The notes: generated by a model from the letters alone, not told the origin. Shown: positions 43,944-53,916, counted from the first letter of the stretch. The stretch: DNA of 64,000 bases from an uncultured Chloroflexia bacterium (GCA_963749705.1 CAVVNQ010000003.1:1-64000), one strand, 5' to 3'. Program-made: numbers and translations.

Positions 43944-44393
43944 ATGCGTCTCGAGCTGACGAAGCGTGGCGACTACGCCGTCCGGGCCATGCTCGCGCTG
44001 GCCAGGGGGTCTCGCAACGGCCTGCTCTCCGCCCGCCGGATTGCGGACGCGATGTCGATCCCGGTCCGGTTCCTGCCCCAGGTCCTCTCGGATCTCCAGC
44101 GCGCGGGCCTGGTCGAGGCAGCGCCCGGACGATCCGGGGGGTATCGCCTCGCCCGCGATGCCGATCGGATCAGCCTCCTCGACGTGATCGAGGCGGTGGA
44201 GGGCGACACGCGCCGCCGGGACTGCGTGCTGCGCGGCGGGCCGTGCGGGGTCGATGGAACGTGCGACGTCCACGCGGTGTTCTTTGCCGGGCAGGAGGCG
44301 CTGCGCGGCACGTTCGCGGCCTCCACGCTTGCCGAGCTCGCGGCGCCCGCGACGGCGACGGCGGCGGCATTGGAGTCGGGCAGCCCGGGCTGA
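43944..44393 (+). CDS. Rrf2-family regulator with Fe-S ligand motif
   Basis: GDYAVRAMLALA, GRSGGYRLAR, C-x6-C-x5-C-x2-H (DCVLRGGPCGVDGTCDVH). CATACT -10 just upstream. Confidence 0.9.
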   Translation: MRLELTKRGDYAVRAMLALARGSRNGLLSARRIADAMSIPVRFLPQVLSDLQRAGLVEAAPGRSGGYRLARDADRISLLDVIEAVEGDTRRRDCVLRGGPCGVDGTCDVHAVFFAGQEALRGTFAASTLAELAAPATATAAALESGSPG

Positions 44394-44566
44394 CCCCGGC
44401 GCACCGGGCGTGGTCGCCTCGGTCCGACCTGGGTGCCTGGCAGATTACGGGCCGTCATGACGCCGCAGGCTTGCGACCACAGACTCTGGTCACGTCTCGG
44501 AGTCCGCAGGGACAGGAAGGTCGAGCCCCGCTCGAGCTCCGGAGCCGGCGACGCCAGGAGACAGTC

Positions 44567-45004
44567 ATGACCATCGACCACGTCGATCGAACGGTCGTGA
44601 CCGACGCACCCGCCTCGGTCACCACCAACGACACAACGCCGCCGCCGGCCCCAGCCCGCCAGACGGTCACCACCGACAGCCGGCACATCACGCGATCGGG
44701 TCCAGGTGGCCCGGAGATGACCCGCCGGATCATCGTGCTCGTGTTCGGGCTCATCCAGATCGTGATCGGGCTGCGGATCGTGCTGCTCCTGCTCGATGCC
44801 CGCACCGGCAACGCGCTCGTCTCGGGGATCCTCGATGTCAGCAAGATCTTCGTCGCGCCGTTCGAAGGGATCCTCAACACCAACGCCATCTCGTCGGGCG
44901 GCTCGATCCTCGACGTCGCCGCCGTGGTGGCCCTCGTGGGCTGGACGATCCTCGAGCTGATCGTGATCTGGGCCATCGGGATCTTCCGGCGCGAGCCGGC
45001 CTGA
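44567..45004 (+). CDS. YggT-family membrane protein
   Basis: AGGAG RBS; GLRIVLLLL..SKIFVAPFEGI. Confidence 0.7.
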   Translation: MTIDHVDRTVVTDAPASVTTNDTTPPPAPARQTVTTDSRHITRSGPGGPEMTRRIIVLVFGLIQIVIGLRIVLLLLDARTGNALVSGILDVSKIFVAPFEGILNTNAISSGGSILDVAAVVALVGWTILELIVIWAIGIFRREPA

Positions 45005-45108
45005 CCCCGGGGATCCCTGACCGCGTCGCGGTCCTTGGCGGACGGGTTTCGTCCGCGACCGGCGCCGGCCCATCGTGGGCGGCGCGACAGCCTGAAGGAA
45101 CACACGCC

Positions 45109-45378
45109 ATGGGCTTCATCGCCTGGATCGTCGTCGGCGCCATCGCCGGCTTTATCGCCAACGCGGTCATGGGCTCCAGCCAGGGGCTCGTGATGATGGT
45201 CGTCCTGGGCATCGTCGGCGGCCTCGTGGGCGGGTTCGTCGCCACGAGCGTGCTCAAGATCGGCTCGGTCGACGGCATCAACGTCGAGAGCATCGTCATC
45301 GCCACCGTGGGGGCCATCGCGGTGGTCTTCGTGGTCGGCGCGCTGCGCGGCGGGTCGCGCGGCCTCACTCGCCGATGA
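45109..45378 (+). CDS. GlsB/YeaQ/YmgE stress-response membrane protein
   Basis: MGFIAWIVVGAIAG..LGIVGGLVGG..ATVGAI. Confidence 0.9.
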   Translation: MGFIAWIVVGAIAGFIANAVMGSSQGLVMMVVLGIVGGLVGGFVATSVLKIGSVDGINVESIVIATVGAIAVVFVVGALRGGSRGLTRR

Positions 45379-45439
45379 CGGCCGCCATCCTCGCCGCTGC
45401 CGGCGGCCGGCTCCCGATGACCAGAAGCAGGAGAACAGC

Positions 45440-46348
45440 ATGAAGATGCTTGGAACGATCGGGCTGGCGGCCGTCCTGGCTGCCACACTGGCCGGCACCG
45501 CGCTGGCCGCGCAGGCCCAGGTCGGCCTCGGCACGGCGGCGAGCTACGCCGTGCTGGCCGGCGAGACCATCACGAACACGGGGGCGACCACGATCACCGG
45601 TGATGTCGGGCTGCATCCCGGATCCTCCGTGACCGGCTTCGCCACGGTGACCCTCGACGGAACCCAGCACATCGCCGATGCCGCGGCGCTCCAGGCGAAG
45701 AACGACCTGGTCACCGCCTATGGCGACGCCGCGGGCAGGACGCCCGTCACCGCGGTACCCACGGAGCTCGGCGGCACGACCCTCACGGCCGGCGTCTACG
45801 GGTCCGACACGCTCGGGCTGACCGGAACGCTTACGCTCGACGCCGAGGGAGACTCCGGTGCGGTGTTCATCTTCCAGGCCGGGTCCACGCTGATCACGGC
45901 GCCCGACAGCACGGTGGCCCTCGCCAACGGCGCCTCGGCCTGCAACGTCTACTGGCAGGTCGGCAGCTCCGCGACGCTCGCCACGGCGACCACCTTCAAG
46001 GGGACGATCCTCGCCCTCACCTCGATCGCGCTGCAGACGGGGGCGACCCTCGAGGGGCGGGCTCTGGCCCGCAACGGCGCGGTCACGCTGGACACCAACG
46101 TGATCGACAGCGCTGCGTGCAATACGTCCGCTCCTGCCGCCACCCCGACCCCCACCACCAGCGCCACCGCTACCCCGGCGCCGGTGGCGACCATCCCGGC
46201 CACGGACACGGCATCCTCGACGCCTGCTGCAGTGACAGATCCGGTCTCGACTCCGCTCCTCGTCCTCCTGGTGGTGGCCGGACTCGCCTTCGTGGCGGCC
46301 ATTCGCCTGGTGGCCTCCCGGTCGCGATCCGGACCCCCGTCCTCCTGA
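45440..46348 (+). CDS. DUF3494 ice-binding family protein, signal peptide and C-terminal anchor
   Basis: LGTAASYAVLAG, AKNDLVTAYGDAAGR, GTLTLDAEGD..VFIFQAGSTL, CNVYWQVGSSATL, GRALARNGAVTLD. Confidence 0.92.
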   Translation: MKMLGTIGLAAVLAATLAGTALAAQAQVGLGTAASYAVLAGETITNTGATTITGDVGLHPGSSVTGFATVTLDGTQHIADAAALQAKNDLVTAYGDAAGRTPVTAVPTELGGTTLTAGVYGSDTLGLTGTLTLDAEGDSGAVFIFQAGSTLITAPDSTVALANGASACNVYWQVGSSATLATATTFKGTILALTSIALQTGATLEGRALARNGAVTLDTNVIDSAACNTSAPAATPTPTTSATATPAPVATIPATDTASSTPAAVTDPVSTPLLVLLVVAGLAFVAAIRLVASRSRSGPPSS

Positions 46349-46350
46349 CG

Positions 46351-47355
46351 ATGTCAGCGGCACCGATGGGCGCCAGGGTGAACGCGCGCATCGGCACGGC
46401 AAAGGTCCTGCGCACGGCGGGCATGGCCTTTACGCTTGCGGTGAGCCTGCTGGCCACCGGGCCACCCGCGCTGGCGACTGACCCGGCGGCTGACGAGCTC
46501 GGAGCCGCGGCGCGGCCCGCCGGCCTGGCAGCGGTGAGCCTCGGCACGGCATCGGGGTTTGCGGTGCTCGCGGGGACGCCGGCCATCGCCAACACCGGCC
46601 CGACGATCGTCATCGGTGACCTCGGCATCGACCCTTCGCCGACGGTGGCCGGGTTCCCGTCCGGGACGGTGAACGGGGCCATCCACCGGGCTGACGCAAT
46701 TGCCGAGCGTGCGCAGGACGACCTGGTCGCCGCCTATACCGACGCCGCCGGGCGCGCGGCGACAGCGACCCACGGGGCGCTCGGCGGGCTGACCCTCGTC
46801 GCGGGCGTCTACACCGACGGCGGGGGCACGCTCAACCTGGCGGGCGTGCTCACGCTCGACGCCCGCAATGACCCCGACGCGGTGTGGGTCCTTCAGGCAC
46901 GCTCCGACCTGGTCACCGCGCCGTCGAGCTCGGTGAAGCTCATCAACGGCGCCGACGCCTGCAACGTCTTCTGGCAGGTCGCGGGCTCGGCGACGCTCGG
47001 CTCCGACTCCACCTTTACCGGGACCATCCTCGCTCTCGGCTCCGTCACGATGAGCACCGGCGTGACCGTGGCGGGTCGAGTGCTCGCCCGAGGGGGTCCG
47101 GTGACGCTGGCTGGCGACAGGATCACGGCGCCCGCGTGCACGACGCCCATGCAGGGCAGCTTGTCCGGTCCAGCCGGGCCGATCCAGCCGATCGGATCGG
47201 CGGCGACGGACGCCGTTCACGGCCCGGCTCAATACCCCGTGGTGCCGGTCATTGCCATCCTGCTCATCGTGCTCGCGGCGATCTTCGGTGCGATCGAGCG
47301 TGAGCCGCGACGGGTCCGTTCCGGTCCGGACGGTCGCTGGCTATCCGGCGAGTGA
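46351..47355 (+). CDS. Second DUF3494 ice-binding family protein
   Basis: LGTASGFAVLAG, AQDDLVAAYTDAAGR, CNVFWQVAGSATLG, C-terminal TM and basic tail. Confidence 0.9.
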   Translation: MSAAPMGARVNARIGTAKVLRTAGMAFTLAVSLLATGPPALATDPAADELGAAARPAGLAAVSLGTASGFAVLAGTPAIANTGPTIVIGDLGIDPSPTVAGFPSGTVNGAIHRADAIAERAQDDLVAAYTDAAGRAATATHGALGGLTLVAGVYTDGGGTLNLAGVLTLDARNDPDAVWVLQARSDLVTAPSSSVKLINGADACNVFWQVAGSATLGSDSTFTGTILALGSVTMSTGVTVAGRVLARGGPVTLAGDRITAPACTTPMQGSLSGPAGPIQPIGSAATDAVHGPAQYPVVPVIAILLIVLAAIFGAIEREPRRVRSGPDGRWLSGE

Positions 47356-47470
47356 CGATCTCCGGCGTTTCCCGAGGCCCCGCGACGGATCCATCCCGAC
47401 GGCGCGGCCCGAGATGCCGGCATACCCTTCATGAGACAATCGGACTCCACGCACGAGGGGGAGGGCACCG

Positions 47471-48271
47471 GTGTCAGACAGCCACGCGACTGCCACGACC
47501 ACCTCGGAGGCACGCCGCGCGCTCGTCCTCCACGACCGTCAGCTCGTCGTCGACCTGATCGAGCTGACCCTCAACCATGGCTTGTTCGTGGTGCGGTCCA
47601 CGGGCGACCTGACCGAGGCCGAGGGGATCCTGGCGGACTGGCAGCCTGACCTGACCGTGATCGACATGGATCACGACGACAGCGCGGCGCTGCTCGGACG
47701 GCTGGGCGCCGCGAACCGCCTGACGAGGCGGGTGACACCGGCCCTCGGGCTCACCCGCCGGGGTGACCTGAAGACAAAGCTCCGGGCATTCGACCTGGGT
47801 GTCGATGACATCCTCACGATGCCGTTCTCGCCCGAGGAGCTGCTTGCCCGGTGCATCGTCATCACGCGTCGGGCGTCGGGAACGGACCGGCCGATCGTGC
47901 CGACGATCCGGCTCGGCGAGATCGAGATCGACATCCTGAGTCGCCAGGTCCGCGCAGGCAGCTCGGTCGTGCATCTGACCGGGATCGAGCAGAGCCTGCT
48001 GTACCTCCTCGCCAGCCGAGCCGGCCGCGCGGTCACGCGAGACGAGATCCTCGACGCTGTCTGGGGAACGGACTTCGTGACCGAGAGCAACATGGTCGAC
48101 CGCCACATTCGAAGCCTGCGCATCAAGCTCCAGAACGACTACCGCCACCCACGCTTCATTGCGACGGTTGCGGGCCAGGGCTACCGGTTCATCCCGACGT
48201 TCACGAACCTCGGTTGGGGGGGTGAGTCGGTGGATGCCGAGCCTCCGAACCACCGGGCATCGCCCGACTGA
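47471..48271 (+). CDS. OmpR/PhoB-family regulator with atypical receiver (orphan)
   Basis: wHTH VTRDEILDAVWG..VDRHIRSLRIKL..TVAGQGYRF. Receiver has HD for DD and TMPF for xKPF. Confidence 0.88.
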   Translation: MSDSHATATTTSEARRALVLHDRQLVVDLIELTLNHGLFVVRSTGDLTEAEGILADWQPDLTVIDMDHDDSAALLGRLGAANRLTRRVTPALGLTRRGDLKTKLRAFDLGVDDILTMPFSPEELLARCIVITRRASGTDRPIVPTIRLGEIEIDILSRQVRAGSSVVHLTGIEQSLLYLLASRAGRAVTRDEILDAVWGTDFVTESNMVDRHIRSLRIKLQNDYRHPRFIATVAGQGYRFIPTFTNLGWGGESVDAEPPNHRASPD

Positions 48272-48487
48272 GCATCACCCCGCGCGGACGACGGGCCTGG
48301 CGCCGAGGCGACATTACGCGTCGTCATGACGGCATGGCCACGACGCGCAAGTGTGGCGTCGGCTCCGGAGCGCACGCTGACTTGCAGCGAACGGTGAGCC
48401 ACCTGCGCCGGGGGAAGCGCTGACCCGTCGCCGATCGGAGCGATCTCCTCACCGCAGAGCGCGGAGGTGCTCCGTCGGCGGCCCGGG

Positions 48488-49780
48488 TCAGGCGCGACTC
48501 CGCAGCGCGCGGACCGCGAGCACGACGCTCGCGAGCACCGAGCCCGCCACCAGCGACACGCCGGCGATGGCCGCCGGCCCGACGTCCATCGGCCAGCCGA
48601 TCGCGAGCAGCGCGGTCCCAATGTTGAGCGCCACCAGGCGCGGGGTTGCAACCCGACCCAGGATCCTCCGCCGGACCGCGTGCCCGGATGGACCACCGGG
48701 TCCGATCGCGGGCAGGAGATGGGTCCAGGACGCGATCAGCACCTGCGTGATCCAGCCCACCGCGAGCGGCGCGCCGACCAGCGATGTCGACCACGCATCG
48801 GGCGCCGACCCCATGACGAACAGCCGGCCGACGGCGAGCGCCATCCCGGCCGTGAACCACCCGATGCCGGCCAGCAGCCCGATCCCCGTCAGGCGGTGCC
48901 AGCCCGGATCGGTCGTCCACCGGCCGCGCGCCATCGTCACCCTGGTGGCCTCGAGCGCGAGGGCGCCCACGCCGACCGCGGTCAGCAGCGCCCCGCCGCG
49001 AACCAGCGGGCCGGCGTCGAGACCCAGCCCCAGGACGACCACGGGCGAGCCCATCGCAACCCCGAGCACCGCCACGATCGCGCTCGCCCGGGCCACGATC
49101 CGTGTCCCCAGCACCGTCGGCAGGAAGTGCAGCAGGGTGCCCACGATGATCAGCGACACGAACCCGACGAGGTTGGTCCAGGCGTGCGCGGGCTTGAGCA
49201 GCGCCCAGCGCTCGAGCACCGGCAGCCAGCCGGCAACGAACAGGGTGCCCAGCGTGGCACCGATCGCCACGTTGGCGAGCGCGAGCTCGTACGCGAGCGT
49301 CACGATCGGCCGGCGGACCATCAGGCCCGCCCGGCCCGCGCCCTGGAGCGCGACGGCCGTGAGGCCGATCCCGGCGAGGTACACCACGCCGCCGAGCGGG
49401 GGCAGCGCCGTCCATCCGGGCACCAGCCCGCGCACGGCGACCAGCAGCGCACCCGACGCGACAAGGATCACGGCCCCCGCGCGCACGCGGGCATTCGCCG
49501 GGTGGCCTGCGGACAGGGCCGCCACGAAGAACGGCATGACCCCCGCGATCGCGGTCGACGCGCCGCCGGCGAGCGCGAGATGCAGCGGCAGCCAGGGCGC
49601 GACGGTGCCGCCGGCCATCGCCTCCAGGACCACCGCCAGACCGGCGGCGGCGAGGTACAGGGCCGCGAGTACGACCGCCGCCACCGCGACCCGGCGATCG
49701 TCCGCGCGCCGCGGACCCGGCGTGGCCTGCCCGGGCAGCAGGCCGGCACGGGCCGGTCGGCCCTCGTCATTCGGGCGCAT
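48488..49780 (-). CDS. His-containing multi-TM protein divergent from nirK (NnrS-like, tentative)
   Basis: WLPLHLALAG, HAWTNLVG, LLHFLPTV, WTHLLP; about 12 TM segments. Confidence 0.55.
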   Translation of the reverse strand: MRPNDEGRPARAGLLPGQATPGPRRADDRRVAVAAVVLAALYLAAAGLAVVLEAMAGGTVAPWLPLHLALAGGASTAIAGVMPFFVAALSAGHPANARVRAGAVILVASGALLVAVRGLVPGWTALPPLGGVVYLAGIGLTAVALQGAGRAGLMVRRPIVTLAYELALANVAIGATLGTLFVAGWLPVLERWALLKPAHAWTNLVGFVSLIIVGTLLHFLPTVLGTRIVARASAIVAVLGVAMGSPVVVLGLGLDAGPLVRGGALLTAVGVGALALEATRVTMARGRWTTDPGWHRLTGIGLLAGIGWFTAGMALAVGRLFVMGSAPDAWSTSLVGAPLAVGWITQVLIASWTHLLPAIGPGGPSGHAVRRRILGRVATPRLVALNIGTALLAIGWPMDVGPAAIAGVSLVAGSVLASVVLAVRALRSRA

Positions 49781-49917
49781 GGTCCCCTTCACAAATACAT
49801 AGTAAGTTGCTGATAGTTAGCACGCACACCGCGAGAGGCCCGGCGCCACGGGACGCACGGCAGCGGTGAGGCCGGCCCGGGACGGGGAACGACCCGAGAC
49901 CATCGAAAGGATCGGAC

Positions 49918-51039
49918 ATGTACCGCACCCGGCGCCTGCTCGCGGCGATCGCGCTCCTGTCACTCACCACGGCGGCCTGCGGCTCCGCCGCGAAGCCCGC
50001 CTGGACGTGGGGGCCCGACACGGGTCCTGCCGCCGTACCGGTCTCGGCCGTATCATCCGCCGCGCCGGCAGCATCCGCCGCGGCCCCCGCGGCATCCGGC
50101 ACGACCGATGGAATGGCCGGCATGTCCCCGGCGCCCGCCGCCGCGGCGCCCTCCCCGGATCCGAACGCCCCCGCGTACGAGGTGTTCGATCCGATCGCGC
50201 CGGAGGTGCTCCCCGGAACGGTCCACGATGTCGACTTCCCGATGATCGAGAAGGACATCACGGTCGCCACCGGCTTTGTCGTCCACACCTGGACCTTCGG
50301 CGGCACCGTTCCCGGACCGACCATCCGCGTCCACCTCGGTGACACCGTGCACGTGCACCTGACCAACAAGACGCCGATGAGCCACTCCATCGACTTCCAC
50401 GCCAGCCAGACGGCGATGAACCACCAGATGGTCGAGATCAAGCCCGGCGAGACGTTCACCTACACGTTCACGGCCGATTACGCCGGCGTCTGGATGTACC
50501 ACTGCGGCACCGCGCCGACCCTGTGGCACATCGCCAACGGGATGTTCGGCATGGTGATCGTGGAGCCCAAGGGCGGCCTGCCCAGGGTGGACAACGAGTT
50601 CACGATCATCCAGAGCGAGTGGTACCTGGGGGCGCAGGGCCAGCCCGCCGACTACGCCAAGGCCAACGAGGTCGCCGCGTCACCCGACTTCGTGGTGTTC
50701 AACGGGGTCGCCAACCAGTACAAGGACAACCCGATCCCGGTCAAGACCAAGGGCCGGGTCCGGCTGTTCGTGCTCAACGTCGGCCCCAACATGGACAGCT
50801 CGTTCCATGTCGTGGGCACGATCTTCGACACGGTCGAGAAGGAAGGCATCGAGCTCAAGCGCGGCAACGCCGCCGGCTGGGGCTCGCAGGCCGTCGACCT
50901 CAGCCCGGCCCAGGCCGCGATCATCGAGTTCAGCCCCCAGGAGGATGGCGTCTACGCCTTCGTCACCCACGCGTTCAACCTGGTCGGTCACGGCGCCGTG
51001 GGCCTGTTCCAGGCCGGCGATGGCGACCCGCTGAACTGA
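49918..51039 (+). CDS. nirK: Copper-containing nitrite reductase, lipoprotein
   Basis: Lipobox-like LTTAAC; HSIDFH, YHC..HIANGM, SSFHVVG, VTHAF supply the type 1 and type 2 Cu ligands and the catalytic Asp/His. Confidence 0.85.
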   Translation: MYRTRRLLAAIALLSLTTAACGSAAKPAWTWGPDTGPAAVPVSAVSSAAPAASAAAPAASGTTDGMAGMSPAPAAAAPSPDPNAPAYEVFDPIAPEVLPGTVHDVDFPMIEKDITVATGFVVHTWTFGGTVPGPTIRVHLGDTVHVHLTNKTPMSHSIDFHASQTAMNHQMVEIKPGETFTYTFTADYAGVWMYHCGTAPTLWHIANGMFGMVIVEPKGGLPRVDNEFTIIQSEWYLGAQGQPADYAKANEVAASPDFVVFNGVANQYKDNPIPVKTKGRVRLFVLNVGPNMDSSFHVVGTIFDTVEKEGIELKRGNAAGWGSQAVDLSPAQAAIIEFSPQEDGVYAFVTHAFNLVGHGAVGLFQAGDGDPLN

Positions 51040-51146
51040 CAACTCCCCCGTCCCGCGCCGGCGGCCGTCTTCCCCGGACGGTCGCCGGCGTCTTCGCGTT
51101 CCGGGGGCTGGCGCCGGGTGGGCGCGACACCCGTAGACTCCCGACC

Positions 51147-52091
51147 ATGAACGTGATCGACTGGCTGCTCGATGCGGATCCCGCGATCCGCTGGCAGGTG
51201 ATGCGCGACCTCACCGATGCCCCCGCGGACGTCGTCGCGGCCGAGCGCGCGCGGGTCGCAACCGATGGCTGGGGAGCACAGCTGCTTGCGCTCCAGGCGC
51301 CGGACGGGCGCTGGGACGGCGGTACCTATCGACCGGGCTGGGTCGACGAGTCGAAGCCGTTCTTCGATGCCTGGACGGCCACCCATTTTTCGCTCCAGGC
51401 GCTGCGCGAGCTGGGGCTGGACCCCGGCAGCCCCGAGGCACGACGGGCGGTGTCGCTGGTCCGCGACAACGTCCGCTGGGAGGCCAACGGCGCCACGTAC
51501 TTCGAGGGCGAGACCGAGCCGTGCATCAACGGCGTCGCGCTTGCCAACGGCGCCTACTTCGGGGAATCGGTCGACGGCATCGTCGAACGCCTGGTCGGCG
51601 ACGAGCTGGGCGATGGCGGCTGGAACTGCTGGGCCGAGTACGGCGCGAGCGTTTCGTCATTCCATTCGACGATCTGCGCGCTCGAGGGCCTGCTCGAATG
51701 GGAACGCGCGGGCGGGTCCTCGGACGCCGCCCGGGCAGCACGGCAGCGAGGCGAGGCGTACCTGCTCGAGCGCGGGCTGTTCCGTCGCCGCTCGACGGGC
51801 CGAGTTGCCGACCCGCGGTTCACGATGTTCTCGTTCCCGACGCGGTGGTACTACGACGTCCTCCGCGGGCTCGACTACTTCCAGGCAAGCGGGGCCGCGC
51901 CGGACGAGCGGTTCGCGGACGCGATCGCCCTGGTCGCGGACAAGCGCGGGGCGGATGGCCGGTGGGTGCTCGAGAACAGCCACCAGGGTCCGATCCACAT
52001 CGAGATGGAGGGTCCGGACGGCGCCCCGAGCCGGTGGAACACGCTCCGCGCGCTGCGGGTGCTCCGCTGGGCCGACGGCGGCGTCAGGTGA
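51147..52091 (+). CDS. Conserved protein with prenyltransferase/squalene-cyclase-like repeats
   Basis: DWLLDADPAIRWQV, QAPDGRW, DGGWNC, SRWNTLRALRVL. TAGACT -10 directly upstream. Confidence 0.7.
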   Translation: MNVIDWLLDADPAIRWQVMRDLTDAPADVVAAERARVATDGWGAQLLALQAPDGRWDGGTYRPGWVDESKPFFDAWTATHFSLQALRELGLDPGSPEARRAVSLVRDNVRWEANGATYFEGETEPCINGVALANGAYFGESVDGIVERLVGDELGDGGWNCWAEYGASVSSFHSTICALEGLLEWERAGGSSDAARAARQRGEAYLLERGLFRRRSTGRVADPRFTMFSFPTRWYYDVLRGLDYFQASGAAPDERFADAIALVADKRGADGRWVLENSHQGPIHIEMEGPDGAPSRWNTLRALRVLRWADGGVR

Positions 52092-53313
52092 CGCCCGCAG
52101 CGGCGAGCGCAGCGATCTCGTCGTCGCCGTAGCCGAGCTCGGCCAGGATCTCGCGCGTGTGCTCACCCGCCAGCGGAGGCGCCGTCCGGATCGAGGCGGG
52201 GGTCGCGGACAGCTGGAACGGAAGCCCGACCTGACGCACCGCACCGAGGACCGGGTGCTCGACATCGACGGTCATCCCGCGTGCCCGGGCCTGCGCCGAC
52301 GCGAACGCCGCGGGCACGTCGTTGATCGGCCCGCACGGCACCTCGGCGGCGTCGAGGATCGGGAGCCAGTCCGCGGTGGGGCGGGCGACGAACCGCGCGG
52401 CGAGGATCGGGCGCAGCCCGGCGCGGTTGATGACGCGATCGCCGTTGGTCGCGAACCTCGGGTCCGCGGCCAGCTCCGGCAGGCCGAGCGCGGCGCACAA
52501 CCGTGGCCACTGGCGCTCGCTGCCGACGGAAACGGCCATCTCGCCGTCGGCGGTCTCGAACGTCTCGTAGGGCACGATCGTCGGGTGCCGGTTGCCCAGC
52601 CGTCCCGGCGCGCTCCCGGTCACGAACGCGTTCTGCGCCTGGTTGACCAGGACCGCCAACGTCGATTCGAGCAGCGACACGTCGATCCGCTGCCCGCGAC
52701 CGTCGATCCGGTCCCGGCCGATGAGGCCGGCCAGCACCGACACGGCGCCGAACAGGCCGGTCACGACGTCGCTGATCGCCACCCCCACCTTGGTCGGTCG
52801 GCCGCCGTCCTCGTCGCGGCTGCCGGTGATCGACATCAGCCCGCCGATCGCCTGGATCACGAAGTCGTAGCCCGGCTTGGCGGCATCGGGGCCGTCGGGC
52901 CCGAACCCGGAGATCGCGAGGTGGACCAGCGCCGGATTGAGCGCCTGCAGGGTTTCCTCGCCGAAGCCGAGGCGCTCGAGACCGCCCACCCGGAAGTTCT
53001 CCACCAGCACGTCCGATGACCGGAGCAGCCGGCGCAGGACGTCGCTGCCCGCGGTCGTTCGAAGGTCGAGGCGGATCGACCGCTTGTTGCGGTTGACGGC
53101 GAGGTAGTACGCGGCGGTCCGCGTGCCGGCGGCGGCGTCACCGACCCACGGCGGTCCCCAGCCGCGCGTTGCGTCGCCCTCGGGCGGCTCGACCTTGACC
53201 ACGTCCGCGCCGAGGTCCGCGAGCAGCATCGTGCAGTACGGCCCGGCCAGGACCGTGGAGCAGTCGGCGACGCGGATGCCGGCAAGGGGACCGGCGGCGG
53301 TGGGTTCGGGCAT
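52084..53313 (-). CDS. CaiB/BaiF family III CoA transferase
   Basis: LAGPYC..LADLGADVVKVE, NRNKRS, ENFR, PGYD. Confidence 0.93.
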   Translation of the reverse strand: MPEPTAAGPLAGIRVADCSTVLAGPYCTMLLADLGADVVKVEPPEGDATRGWGPPWVGDAAAGTRTAAYYLAVNRNKRSIRLDLRTTAGSDVLRRLLRSSDVLVENFRVGGLERLGFGEETLQALNPALVHLAISGFGPDGPDAAKPGYDFVIQAIGGLMSITGSRDEDGGRPTKVGVAISDVVTGLFGAVSVLAGLIGRDRIDGRGQRIDVSLLESTLAVLVNQAQNAFVTGSAPGRLGNRHPTIVPYETFETADGEMAVSVGSERQWPRLCAALGLPELAADPRFATNGDRVINRAGLRPILAARFVARPTADWLPILDAAEVPCGPINDVPAAFASAQARARGMTVDVEHPVLGAVRQVGLPFQLSATPASIRTAPPLAGEHTREILAELGYGDDEIAALAAAGVT

Positions 53314-53382
53314 CGCCCGGATGGTACGGCGGCGGACCGGGCGGCGGTGGCGCGTCCCCGGGCGGCGGACCCTGGCTGCCGG

Positions 53383-53907
53383 TCAGTCCTCGGCGGGCGC
53401 GTCCGGCACCGTGATGTCCACGACATCGGCGCCCGTTGCGGCCACCAGGTCGGCCGGCGACACGTGGACGTTGACGCCGCGAGCACCACCGCCGATGGCG
53501 ACGACCTCGAGGGCCGTGATCGAGGCGTCCGCGATCACCGGCCACGCGCGGCGTGCGCCGAACGGGGTGATCGCGCCGCGCTCGTAGCCCGTGATCGCCT
53601 TCGCCTCCTCGGCATCGGGCAGGGTCACCCGGTTCACGCCCAGGAAGGCGCGCAGCCGCGGCCAGTCGAACCGTCGCCCGCCCGGCACCAGCACGAACAC
53701 GTAGTCATCGGCGGCGCGGCGGACGAGGATCGAACGCAGCAGGGACCCGAGCGGGATCCCCTGGAGCTCGGCGCTCTCCTCGGCGCTGCGCGCGATCTCC
53801 GTGCGCACGAGGCGGTACGGGATGCCGGCGGCCTCGAGGGCAACCGTCGCCGGAGTGGAGAAGGCCGGCTCGGGTTCGGTCGTCGTCGGGGGCGGCAGCT
53901 CGCTCAT
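53383..53907 (-). CDS. YbaK/EbsC aminoacyl-tRNA deacylase family
   Basis: TGYERGAITPFG, IGGGARG. Confidence 0.85.
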   Translation of the reverse strand: MSELPPPTTTEPEPAFSTPATVALEAAGIPYRLVRTEIARSAEESAELQGIPLGSLLRSILVRRAADDYVFVLVPGGRRFDWPRLRAFLGVNRVTLPDAEEAKAITGYERGAITPFGARRAWPVIADASITALEVVAIGGGARGVNVHVSPADLVAATGADVVDITVPDAPAED

Positions 53908-53916
53908 GGCCGGACC

